From: Atractiella rhizophila
Taxonomy: Eukaryota
Reading direction: 5' to 3'
Assembly (NCBI GenBank): GCA_021432655.1
Contig: MU271324.1
Location: 62,001 to 92,020, forward strand
DNA: 30,020 nucleotides
Within the stretch, counting starts at the first letter, position 1. The number at the start of each line of letters is the position of its first letter. A program made the position numbers and the translations under genes. Below the pieces are notes generated by a model. The model did not search any database, was not told the origin of the DNA, and saw only the letters and a list, made by a program, of their open reading frames with translations. Shown here in pieces: positions 8,839-20,282 of this stretch.

Positions 8839-11356
8839 CTATTGCTTCCCCAAAATGATGTCAGCAGCCTTGAGTGAGGTCGCATAAACTGGTTCCCATG
8901 AGTCTGACAAAGCAGAACGCTACGAGGAGAGTACGAACCCATAGGCATGGTGTGACTTGTGATCTCGAGAGGCAGTATAGAAGCGTCCACGATCCGAAGC
9001 CTATTGGTCCCATAAGGCTTTAGATCAGGTCCAACGACTCCGCCCATTTCTTTTGGAAGCATGGCAGACGAGCCTAGCCAATGGCTTGCACCAAAGGCTG
9101 AACCTTGGACATAATCCAGAAGCGCGCTGTAGAGAATCAATTCCTGTTTACCAGAAAAGCGAAAAACACACGTGTCGTTGTTGAATTGATTTAATGGCAC
9201 TCCCAAGCCCTCTACAAAAAAGCTGTCGATCAAGGTCGACATGGCGGAGGACTGGTAGACTTTCAATGCTTGCTTCATAATTTGAACGACGACCTTCTGA
9301 TCAAACTCGTCGGTCAAGAAGCGTGGAGTAATCTAAAAGGCTGTCAAGGACAGCATACTGTTGAAGAGGAAATGTCATTACCGCAGGATCATCGAATGGA
9401 TCGGTGGAGACAGCATGACAGGTTCCCCGAGAGAAAGGCATGGAGGGCCAAAAGATTTGCTGAAGCGAGTTGGGAAGCGCACTACAGACTCAATGATATG
9501 AGGACTCTTCAGGTTGAGGGGAAAAGGGACTCCTACCTCTCGCCAATAAATTCGGCAATGGGTTGCTTTTCGGTCGTTATCAGTCTGTCGTATCCGGTTC
9601 ATCACATCGCTTAGAAGATTACAAAGAACCTACTTTGATAAGGCATTGTACAGGGCGGTAGCTCCAGCGACGTTCGGGAGAGCTCCAGCTTTCACAGCCG
9701 CTTGAGCCTTCTTGGGGATAGAAGCGATGAGTTCCTTCTTGAGCGTCTTCGCTGCCGACGAACCAAAAAGTTGGTCGATGGAGGTGAGGGAAATGATGGG
9801 GGCGAAGATCAGGCCCGCATCAACGAATCCGCTCTGGTTCACGAATTGGGTGGCGAGACTGGCACCGAGCAATGTTCCAGGCTGATCTACGAGGTTCTTT
9901 CCCACTCCTGCAAGCTCTAACTTTTGCGTAATGCCCAACTTCTTCAAAACATCTGATGGACCGAATCCGGATCGTTCAAGGATAGCTGGAGTTTGCAGAG
10001 AACCTGAATCCCGTTATTGGTTAAAGATATGGATGTAGTGTGTACCAACCCGCAGCAAGAATGATCTCTTTCGTTCCCCTTAACTCGATCCCTTTCCCGC
10101 CTTTCTCAGAGCGTATCTCCATTCCAGTTGCTTTGTTCTTCGCATCGGTAATGACTTTGGCGACTCGAGTGTTTGTCAACACTGTAAGCTTGCCAGCCTT
10201 GATGTTGTTCTGGTTGTAAAGAAAGCCTTGAGCCGCGCTGGATCGCTGATTCACCCCAGTTTTAGCATTGAACCTAGTAAATTTATGTTAATACCTCCTA
10301 TTCCCTTCGGAGGAAGGGCAAGCTGACTTGATGTCCCACACGGTGTTAGCGACAACAGCACCTGCTAGGAGTTAGCTAAAGTTGGTGAGGACGGAGAAAT
10401 TTGTACCTGTTCGCGAAGAAAGATCCTTGAGAACAGGAATACCACTGAAGACCTTGGAGAAGGCAGTCTTGTAACGAGCAACTAGGCTTGGAATCCGCAA
10501 TGGTGTCTGGTTCACATTCAGGATTACTCTTCATGGCAAAAATTCCGACTCACCGAGAAGCTGACGTTGATAGGACCTCCCTTGCCATGAGAACTTGCAT
10601 CGAAGGTTGCACCTAGAAGCTGCTCTGCCTTGGAAGGTACATTGAAGTTCTCTACTGCTTCAAGGTATGGGGTCAGTTCCTTCGCGTTCCATCCTGGATT
10701 TCCTAGCTCTGTAAGAAGCTTTTAGTAAAAGCATGTTGAAGGAACAAATAGTAACCTTCCAAAATATTCATCTCTGCTTGAGTAGGCCTAAACCATACCA
10801 TGCCATTCAACGACGAGGAACCGCCGACACATCCTTAATCCAGAAAAAGTGTTATTGGAATCAATTGATGGAAAGAACTGCCTACGCCCAGAATCTACCA
10901 GTACCGCTAAAGCTTTGGCATCGGAGTCAAACGCAGTATATTTCCAGTTGCATCTGTCAGGACAGTCAAACGGTGGACGGTTGGCAGCTTCACAACTAAC
11001 AGTTCTGGTGTAATCTCAGAACGACGGAAAGCATCGTTCACTGCAGCTGCGTTGCGTGCGTCCGGGCCTGCTTCGACAACCAAGACGGTATCTGCGACAA
11101 TTATCAGGGCAAGTCGGAAGAATGAGACGAAAGACTACGCACGGCCCGCGGTGGCAAGTTTATTGGCTACCACCAGGCCGGAGAGCTATTGTCGTCCTTG
11201 AGTAAAGAAAGCATTCAAAGAGGCACAACGCACCCCAGCTCCGGCTATAAGATACTCATAGGTGTCCGTGGGAAGTTCAGACGCAGATTGAAGGAGTGTA
11301 TAAGCGGCGGAAGATGCCGAAAGGAGTGGAAATAGACGAATGATAAAAGGCTTCAT
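8839..11356 (-). CDS. GMC oxidoreductase (AA3, glucose/aryl-alcohol oxidase-like), probably secreted, many introns
   Basis: N-terminal hydrophobic leader; YEYLIAGAG|LSGLVVANKL; VLVVEAG; LGGSSSLNG; EIILAAG; GVGKNLVDQP; catalytic-type SHWLGSSAM and TSHTMPM|VYA; GGVVGPDLKPYGTNRLRIVDASILP. Ends AADIILGKQ*. Confidence 0.93.
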
Positions 11357-12049
11357 GTTGGATGTCGGAAAAAATGGTTGAGAAATGATTTCAAGTCTTA
11401 CTGTAGCTAGTGTTATAAGAGGTGGGTTCGATCGCAAACCTGAAACGCGTTGGCATGCACACTTAGGGGACAAATGTTTCCTTCAATTCTGCTGCCGCGT
11501 TCTCTTGGGCGCGGATGTTCGTCGTCCCGGCCTCCCATGATGACAGGGTGGAACGACAAGTAAAGAACCTTCTTCCTCGCGCTGGGAGATGTAGTGCAGG
11601 GTAGCGCGTAATGTCGCGAAGATACACTTTACGTAACCGCAAAAGACACGCGACACGCTCAAAGTTGACAGAACTGTTTAATGAATAATGAACGTAACAA
11701 CGTCGCACTTTTCCGACGTCCGCATCACGCAAGCAACGCAGCACAGACCACGAAGAATAATTTGCAAAGAAGAGAAGGACGGACAGAGGTGGGTTCATTT
11801 GGCCATCCCAACTGGCACAGCTGCATGAGCCTCAATGCAGGCATCCAGATTTGGAGCGGCAGGAGTTCATGAGGAACGAAATGATAATTGAATTGGGTAC
11901 CGACGAGGCGGCATGAGAGAGAGAAGTAGAGAGAGACGATGCTGACAGGTGCCATTCTGCTGCGATAAAATATTTCCAACGAGAGAACCATTACCTAGAC
12001 TCGACCAATTACCGGACTCCAACCATTACCTGAAAATCGAAACCGCTGC

Positions 12050-14801
12050 TCAGTTATTTCTCCCTCGAAAACCTCCGCGACCCCTTCCTCGACCTCGATA
12101 CCCCCTGCCATATCCATATCCATACCCTCTATACCCACCACCACCTCCACCACCCATTGGCCCAGGACCGGTACCCTCTCCCGTCACGCCAAACGTAGCC
12201 AAATTCTTGCTCCTCTCAGCACGGCGATCAAAAAGTCGTCCTCCTCTTCCACTCTTTACTACATCTTCTCTTTCCTTAGCCTCAGATGAGATATTGTCGA
12301 AGAAGGATTTCGTCTTGTCGTAGTATGCCTCCGGAGGAGGGATGATCACCTCTTCTTCCCCTTGCTTTAGCTCCGGCGATGCAGCGTCCGTTCCGTTGGG
12401 ATGAATAACTTCTTCTTTATTGAACTTTTTGTTCGCTTCCTCGAAATCGAAATCTTGATCCGGTACATCGATGATTGGAGTTTGATTATTCTGAGGACCT
12501 CTGGTCCCTTGACCTCTTCGCCCGCCTCCACCTCGCCTCTGAGCCGGCCCATTTCCGGAAGCAAGAAGGGGATTCGGAGGCAACGGATGGCGAGCAGGGG
12601 CTCTAGCATTTTGTTGTTGTGCTGGTTGCTGGCGCGTTGATGCTGCATGGTTTACTGGCCTTGTGCCAGACACGTTCATGGCGCCAACCTCCCGCACCAG
12701 CTTTTCGACGGCCGACAGCTCCTTTCTCCCAATCACCTGCTCTTCAGGCTTTTTCGCTGTTGCCGCTCCGTTTGCGCTTCGCGAAGCAGTGGCAGTGGTA
12801 GGTTTGGTGGCTGGCGTTGGAGGGGTTACCTTGGTGATGGGGACCTGGACTGGTGTCTTCGACACCGGAAGGTTCGCTGAGGGACGAGAAGTCGGTCGTT
12901 GGACGGTAGAAGTAGTTGGGGCTTTGACCGTGGAAGATTGGGCAATGGTCTGTTCGGGGACGCTGTTCGCAATGATTCCTGCTGGCTTCGCAGACGACGG
13001 TCGAGAACCTGACTGTTGTGCTGGCGAAGCAGATGCGAGCTGTTGGGTCGAGCCGGAAGACGCTTTACTGTGTATGCTGATCGATGAACCTGGTGGAGGT
13101 GCGACGCCATTCTGCGCACCAAACATGTTGGGAGGAGGCGTGCCGTTGAACTGTTGTTGAGGTGGCATATTGAAAGGAGAGAAGCCCGGACCGTATGGGG
13201 AGAACGGCGGAGGAGGTAGTTGATGAGGGTGAGGATACATTCCAGGATATCCTCCGAAATGGGGATGTTGCTGCATTGGAGGCATGTTGTGCGGGGGCAT
13301 CTGTCATCATGAAATGATCATTAGAACCTGTTTCCTTCAAGCGAGAACGATCAAAGGCAACACAGAAAAACTAAACATCTTCAATTAAGCCTCGACATTT
13401 CGCACTCATTCGAGAATATGTCCGAAGTGCAACGTCCTGCAAGAAATGTGCTTGATCCTCAAGCCATCATCTTCTGAAGTGCAGCTGCTATGTCTGCGGA
13501 GAGCAAAAGGCGCGCATTAGTAGTACCACGATCCTGCGCATACTGCTTAAAAAGAGTCTCCATCCTCTCCACCAAATAATTGCTGCAAACTGCCCACTGT
13601 ACATCAATGAACTCAACTCGACTCTCTAAGCCTTGGGGGCACAGAAACAAGGCGTCGCACGATACAAATACAACACCTTCATCATGCACTCCACACAGAT
13701 CACAATAAGCGTGGTAGAAAGCTAGGATGTCAACAAGTTGGCAATAGAAAGACAGACAGACGTTCACGAGACCCGCAGAAGTGTGGCAACAGAGGAACGA
13801 GCGTCTCCTTCTCACTCAGACAGCTAGAAGAAAACGTTCTCCTATCTTTTTAGCTCCTGTCACATCCTACCGCTTCCCATTGTTGACGTCCAACAATTAT
13901 TACAGGAACAAGAGCAAAATGAAGGGTAGTCGATGTCTGTATTCGTGAGGTTGTCGACATCCATATTCTCCAACCTCCACTGGGACTATTTTATAGTTCA
14001 TCATTCGCGAGGAATGATTGGAGAAAGGATAGGTTCAGAGAAAACGGTTGGACCTCCTCTTTCTCAACAATAATGACAATGACGAGATCTGCCTCTTATT
14101 CTGCTCTCGTCAATCCCATCCCTCGTCCAACATTTCCAAGCGAAATGGCGTCACATTCTCGTGCAAATCGCGTCCATCGATCCTCACCCACCCACGCGAC
14201 AATTCCACTCGACATAAAAGAAGCAAAATAAAGCGAAGGGAAGACGCGCACCTCTCCTCTCCCCACTCCCACTCCCACGATCGCTGGATCCCTCTCCGCA
14301 ATTCCCTTCTTTGCATCCTCCGCCCCGCTTGCACCAGCTCCCGAGGGTTGTTCAATCTTGAGGTCTTTCACGTCGCTTGCTCTGAACACTATGAACCTGT
14401 GAATCCACCCAACATAAGAGACGGCGACGCGTTAGTACGTGACTTTTTCTCTTCTAACGAGGGAGGGTGGATGAAGGCTGGGGTTCAAGGGCACTAACTC
14501 GTATATTTGGTCCCCTGGCTCGACTTCTCCTTCGCCTCCGCCCTTCCTTCCCTCAGTTCCCATACTCCTCACCCCACTCAGCGACACAGTGGCTTCGTTA
14601 GGGTCTATAGAGTGAAGGACCCCTCTATATCGTATCTGTCCACCATTACATCATGAGCCTCTCTCTTACGAACATTGCTCAGAACGTTTCTCATGAAAAG
14701 ATCTCTTTACGAAGAAACAAAAGAGGTGAGACATGGGGAGTGGGACAGACGTCAGATTTGGAGATGAGGGAAATGATGGAGCCTATGAAATTGGTGGCCA
14801 T
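12050..14801 (-). CDS. SCD6: Scd6/Lsm14 (RAP55) translational repressor and decapping activator; exons 14801-14751, 14635-14499, 14396-14252, 13300-12050
   Basis: Lsm14 domain MATNFIGSIISLISKSD|IRYRGVL..VRSMGTEGR..IYE|FIVFRASDVKDL, then DPAIV, DFDF box (DFDFEEANKKF), FFD box (YYDKTKSFFDNIS), TFG box (NLATFG) and an RG-rich tail. Exon phases are compatible. Confidence 0.94.
13811..14011 (-). ncRNA. Candidate intronic box C/D snoRNA-like RNA (~200 nt)
   Basis: Box C ATGATGA (14004-13998) and box D CTGA (13819-13816) flanked by a terminal stem CTCGC/GTGAG, on the sense strand of a ~950-nt SCD6 intron. No guide target identified. Confidence 0.5.
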
Positions 14802-15470
14802 ATTTCCTGAACTGATTTCTGATGCTCGATATCCTTCGAGACTTGACTAAAATTGAGATCGAATGAGAGAGTGTGAGAGTCGTCGTCGTTTGGTTTGCGT
14901 TTGTGAAGTGAGGTAGGGTTAGGTACTCAGTTATCGCAACGATGAAGGTGTCCATCTATGCTTGGATTCCAAAGCCAAGGATCCTCTCCATCTAAGTACA
15001 CTGTCTAGACTTGGGAAGGAGTGATAAGGGCTGAACATCAAGCGAGATTGGATAAGATCTGTTCAAAAGAGAGTGAGCAGAAATCTGTTTTCGAAGAAAC
15101 CAAAGGGTGAGACAGGGACGAGTGGGACAAACGTCAGATTTGGAGATGAGGGAAATGATGGAGCCTATGAAATTGGTGGCCATATTTCCTGGACTGATTT
15201 CTGATGCTCGATATCCTTCGAGACTTGACTAAAATTGAGATCGAATGAGAGAGTGTGAGAGTCGTCGTTGTTTGGTTTGCGGTTTGCGTTTGTGAAGTGA
15301 GGTAGGGTTAGGTACTCAGTTATCGCAACGATCAAGGTGTGCATCTATGCTTGGATTCCAAAGCCAAGGACCCCCTCCATCTAAGTACACTATCTAGACT
15401 TGGGAAGGAGTGATAAGGGGCTGAACATCAAGCGAGATTGGATAAGATCTGTTCAAAGGAGAGTGAGCAG
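14699..15470. repeat. Tandem duplication (~382-390 bp x2) of the SCD6 upstream region and coding exon 1
   Basis: 14699-15080 aligns with 15081-15470, with ATGs at 14801 and 15183. The 51-nt coding exon is identical in both. Scattered substitutions and an extra GGTTTGC in copy 2. Confidence 0.95.
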
Positions 15471-16856
15471 AAAAAGGTGCGTCGTGTCGTTCTCTTGTGT
15501 GTTAGCTTGGGTGTCGTGTTTTGTGGATAAAATGAAGTTGTTTCCTTCATCATGGCATATCGCTGTGTCATGACACCACCAGAAATGTTGCAGACGTCGC
15601 ATCCAATGTCCCACGTGCTATACCTCCTTCATTCAAACTCCGTCCAAAGGAGACCAGAGATGTAAATACAGCTTGCCGAGATGATGTGGCGGGTAACCTC
15701 AGGTGCTGTCTGTTTACAAAACCTTTTACGAGGAAACCTCTTATGCATTATTCAGATCCCATAGGGAGGGAAATATCCACCTAATAGACTAGAACTTGGT
15801 GCAATAAAGATGAAAAGACTATGTGCACATAGGGAAGCTTAAATCCCGTTGTGTGCTGCAGGGCAGAGCGCGCACCCATCCGAGCAGATAACGGAGGAAG
15901 AGACTGGTGTTTGTTGAGGCAAACTGTTTTTATCCGGTCGACGATACATTCGATCGAAACAGCACTGCCAGTTGAATATCCTCCTGATGTGCTCAATTGA
16001 CAAACTGCCCTCAGGTGTCCTTCTGTCATTCTGTAATGTGGCGGGACGAGTTAGTTCATGCTGAACCCCTCTCTTTGTTCGCAATTGAATACATAGTGGG
16101 AGATGGATAGTTCAGCTTGCTTAAGGAGAAATATGACGCAGCTTCCTTCCTTCATCCACCTGAGGAGATGACAATGCATGCTTTCGCTTTTTTGAAGAGA
16201 ACACGACGCTCGTGTGCCATACATCTCCAGTCATAGCCAAGAAATAGGTAAGACAGCTCCGTTAAGCAGTTTGTATCTTCTGTCAGCGTCACCGCAACAA
16301 GGTTCAGGTTCAGGTTGGAGTCGCGTGAATTAGCTAGGTTACCTCCGTTCGGCAGACACTCGTCTCCTATTCATCTCAACTGATCAAAGGAGCTTCATGG
16401 CCGTGCCACAACTTCAAAGATTGAATCTTCTTATGCCAATCGAGGCTTCAATATCGCAATCACAGTGGCATACGCATGAAGGCGAATGGTGCACATATAT
16501 CGTCGGCGGACACACGGAATGTTCCGCGCCTCGTGCGAGCCAGCGTTCTCTCCTTTCAGCAGGATATCCAGTCACCCACCTCCGTCCGAATATTGGCTAA
16601 TAACACGTTGGCTTGACGCAGGTGAGTACGGATATTCACGGACCGATCGCACCAAAGTTGAGGGTACCCTTGAAAAGAAGGAGGGGAAGGGAGGGGAGCC
16701 AAAAGCCCACATAAAACGCCAAGGTTTGTTCACAAACCGAAGCTTTTGCATCACCTGCCCGCTGACTAATGTGTCCAGTGGGTTCCCAATCGCTTCATTT
16801 GTTGGGCATAAAACTGCTCTGATCGTCATTGCGGATTGCGGAGAGTCGCGCCAGAG

Positions 16857-18501
16857 ATGGAGAACACGTCCCCAACCACAAAGGCGCCGACTTTCTTCCC
16901 GCCACTCTGGCTGCAACGCCGCACATTCGTCCTCAACACCATCCGAGCCTCCAACATCCGTTCGGTACGCTGCTCACCATCCTCCCATTTCTTACGCTCA
17001 ATGGTATCAGGTCCTCGACCTTGGATGTGGCTCGGGAACGCTCCTCGCCCCGCTCTGCCAGCCAGCTTTTCACCTGGACGACTTCCCTCCCTTTGATTCC
17101 CATGAATGTCTGAAGGAGCTGCCAGAACCTGAAGTCGAGGATCGTGAGATCCATACCAGACGATTAAACGGAGTAGATACCTCATCTGCAGCCTTGGAGC
17201 TAGCGAAAGAGACGGCGAAACCGGTGGAAGAGTTGGATGACAGTCGGTTTGAAAGGTGGGAGGATATGACGGTGCAGATCTGGAAAGGCGAAGCGGAAGT
17301 TTACAATGAGAACCTGGATGGACATCAGCTCATCACCTCTCTCTAGAGGTTGGTCTCTCCTTATTTAAACCCGACAGCATTAAAAGGAACTCAGCTCATA
17401 GAGCATCTCCACGAGCCGGCTTTTAACAAGCTACCGCGTACCGTCCTATCCATTTACCGACCCTCGGTATGGATTGTCACGACACCCAACTACGCATTCA
17501 ACTCCTTCTTCCCCCCTACTTTCGACCTAGAATTCTCAGCTCATCGATGCCCGGACCCAACCGGCCGCACAGACCGTGTTTTCAGAAACGAAGATCACAA
17601 GTTTGAGTGGTACCCGTCCGAGTTCGCTGAATGGGCAAGAACAACAGCTGATCGACACGATTACGACGTCACGCTAACTGGAGTAGGAGATTTGGGGGCT
17701 TATTATGGTGAACTGTGGACTGATGAGCTGGACGATCAATTCAAGCAACTGGTCCTGCAAGATCAACGCTGTGGAACAGAAGAAGAACGCAAAATGCTAA
17801 ATCGGCACAACTTCTTCGCTACTCAAATAGCCGTCTTTCAACCGGTTGTAACGAATGAGCCAGCACGCTCTCCCCGCTCGACACGGACTGTTCCACTTCC
17901 GTTCCTCGTCCCGTCAGTTCCCCTGAATGCCCATCAACTTCTTGTCACGTATCAACACCGCGCACACCGGTCCGCCGACCATCCTCTGCCGCATACCCAA
18001 ATACGAGACGCCGTCAAAACCCATTTACACCTTGTCGGTGAGTGCAGTGTGAGTCTCAGAGATCTTTGGAGCGTCCACGCAGTTCGCCAGGCCGCTGGAG
18101 GACGGGTAAATGAGGTGTTGGACGCTGTCAACTTGAAACCATGGAATGTAACCCTTGCTCCGTCAACTGAAGATTGGAGAAGAGGAATGGACAAGGTCAT
18201 TATTTCTTGTGAAGAAAGCCTGTTGGCAAAAGAGGAGGAAGCGGCTGAGGATATTCCTGAGGATTTGGATCCAGAGTCGGATGACTATTCAGCTTCGCAA
18301 CAGGGATCCGAAGGGGGATACACGATGGCGGATTCAGGATGGGGATCTGCGCTGGCGGATGATATTCCAAATAGCAACGCGGATGTCAATGAAGGTGGCT
18401 GGCCGAGTCAGGCTACCTTGCATGGTGGAAAGGTAGACCGAATCTTCGGTGATGATGGGGGTTGGGGCACGGCTCATGGCACTCAGGTTAAAAACGACTG
18501 A
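16857..18501 (+). pseudogene. HEN1: HEN1 small RNA 3'-terminal 2'-O-methyltransferase with an apparent +2 frameshift (pseudogene or sequence error); exons 16857-16964, 17011-17348, 17395-18501
   Basis: FFPPLWLQR, VLDLGCGSG (SAM binding), LIEHL, TTPNYAFN and FRNEDHKFEW motifs. An in-frame TAG at 17344-17346 precedes the 17349 donor. Confidence 0.88.
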
Positions 18502-18815
18502 ATAGGGTAAGGAGAAGGAAAATGAAAAGGAACAGTCCCAGGATAGATCAAAAGGCACCTAGCTGCCATCATCCTCCTCGCATAACATTTCATTTCAGAG
18601 TAACAACATTCCATTTGTCTCGTCAATTTGGCCTTTTTTGCAGCGCTCTGTCTTGTAGCAATAGTAAATTGAACAGAAATATTACAAATTGACCATGAGG
18701 TTCAGCTGATCCAATAAAATCTCGCAAATCAGCAGTACTGTACAAGAAGACAAGTTATGGTATACTTTGCAACAACTGACAACTCAATTTTTTACAGCGC
18801 ACCACAATCCCAAAC

Positions 18816-20282
18816 TTAGAATTCGACAGCCACACTTCCCATATTATTTTCAACCGTACTGGCTCCTCCTTTCTCCTCCTCGTCTTTCCCATTCCACACC
18901 CTTCCCTCAACAGTTCTCCCAGCGGGAAAGCCTCTTTCGTCCCTCTGAATTTGATGGTGCTTGTTGCTCGAAACCTTGTAGGAGACATTTCCCATAATGC
19001 TGGAAATCTGCGGCAGTAATGGTCAGCTCTGAGAATGAGGTAAACACTGACTCACCTTGAAGTCTCCCTCATAGTTTGGGGCGTGATGGACGGTAACACG
19101 TCCATTGCTATTGGTCACTTTGGAGTAGAGGGGTCGGTTCGCAGGTTGGGCAGTGTAAACGATGGCAATAGAACCATTGACACCCTTGGAAGTAACATGT
19201 GCTGCATGCGAATTTTTGTCCGTGGCTAATCAAAAGGGGCACAATGTCAGCATCTGACCATTTCGAAAAGGAAACACCCACGTTCGATAAGCTCGACCTT
19301 AACATCCTGGCTCCCATTCACGCTTTCCAAAATAAGCTGTTCCTCGATCGTAAAGCTTCCCCTAATGCTTCCATTCTGATTGATGATTTTGATCTGCTTC
19401 GCCTGAGCCTTCACGACTTCTTGCCTGCCGTTCTTCCCAGTAACCTCCAAAGCTTCCGCGACAGTGATGGTATCTACGGAAACGGAAGCATTCTGATTTT
19501 CGAACTTCGCTCGCTTCGCCTTCAATTCGGATGCACTAAGCGCACCATTTTGCCCATTGACATGAATGATATCATCTGCTGAAATTTTCTCGAGCTGAAC
19601 CTTTCCGTTCTTGTCTTCAACGAAGAGTTCAGTACAGTTGACCTGTGAGATGAAAATGTGAGAATTTTTGGTGGAGATGTGGGCAGTGTCGATATAGAGG
19701 GAGGAGAGGGACGGAATGGTTGTAGCCCAGTTGGTGCCTTGGGAGAGAAGACGGTGGAGATTTTGAAGGGCAGGAGGGAAGCGAACGGCCACTTCGAAAG
19801 AAAGCTGATAGTGGTGGAACGGGACATGATCTTCCACCTGTTACACAGAACCTTGTTAAATCTGCTTTCAGAACAGAAAATAAAGCGCCTACAGCAAGCA
19901 CTACGCCCACTTCCGTCCCCTCATCTCGCTTCCTCTGAATAGGCTTCACACGAGTATATTGTTTGATATCCTCAGGCGAATACCGCATCACAACCTCGAC
20001 CTCGACAGAGTAGTCGTCTTTAAGGCTTGCAAAGCTCCTGTATTCGGGGAGCTCATCGTCCTCGTACGGTGCAAACGCCTCTCGTGAGTACTGGACAAGA
20101 TCCCCCTTATGCTCTTTAACGAGTACACTGTCAGGGGAGAACTCGTGTTCGGGGTCGGCCACGGTATATTGAGCTGAGCCAGAGGCATGTTGCAAGGCAT
20201 TCAGGAAGAAGGTATCATGATGGGGTTTGGTAATGGGAAGATGAAACCAGACTTTATCGGTGAACATTTCGACGTCTGTCAT
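18816..20282 (-). CDS. Adhesin-like (DUF4097-type) beta-repeat protein, about 4 exons
   Basis: Repeated xNGx[IV] turns (KNGKV, QNGAL, QNGSI, VNGSQ, VNGSI, SNGRV) and HAPNYEGDF. Spliced ORF runs MTDVEMF...NMGSVAVEF*. Family call is from pattern recognition only. Confidence 0.7.

Noticed and set aside
13678..13686. Second box C (ATGATGA, - strand) in the SCD6 intron
   Set aside because: No CTGA box D was found downstream before the acceptor at 13301.
13811..13830. U14 snoRNA (3' end resembles ..TGTCTGAGTGA)
   Set aside because: The 18S-complementary domains A and B of U14 are not present.
14914..14923. Telomerase-template-like CCTAACCCTA on the - strand, repeated in the duplicate copy
   Set aside because: A 10-nt match to a telomere-repeat permutation is plausible by chance in 30 kb, and it lies in the SCD6 upstream region with no other support.
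16397..16600. 67-aa ORF with a cupin-like WHTHxxEW
   Set aside because: Too short, lacks a second cupin motif, and probably lies in the HEN1 leader or promoter.
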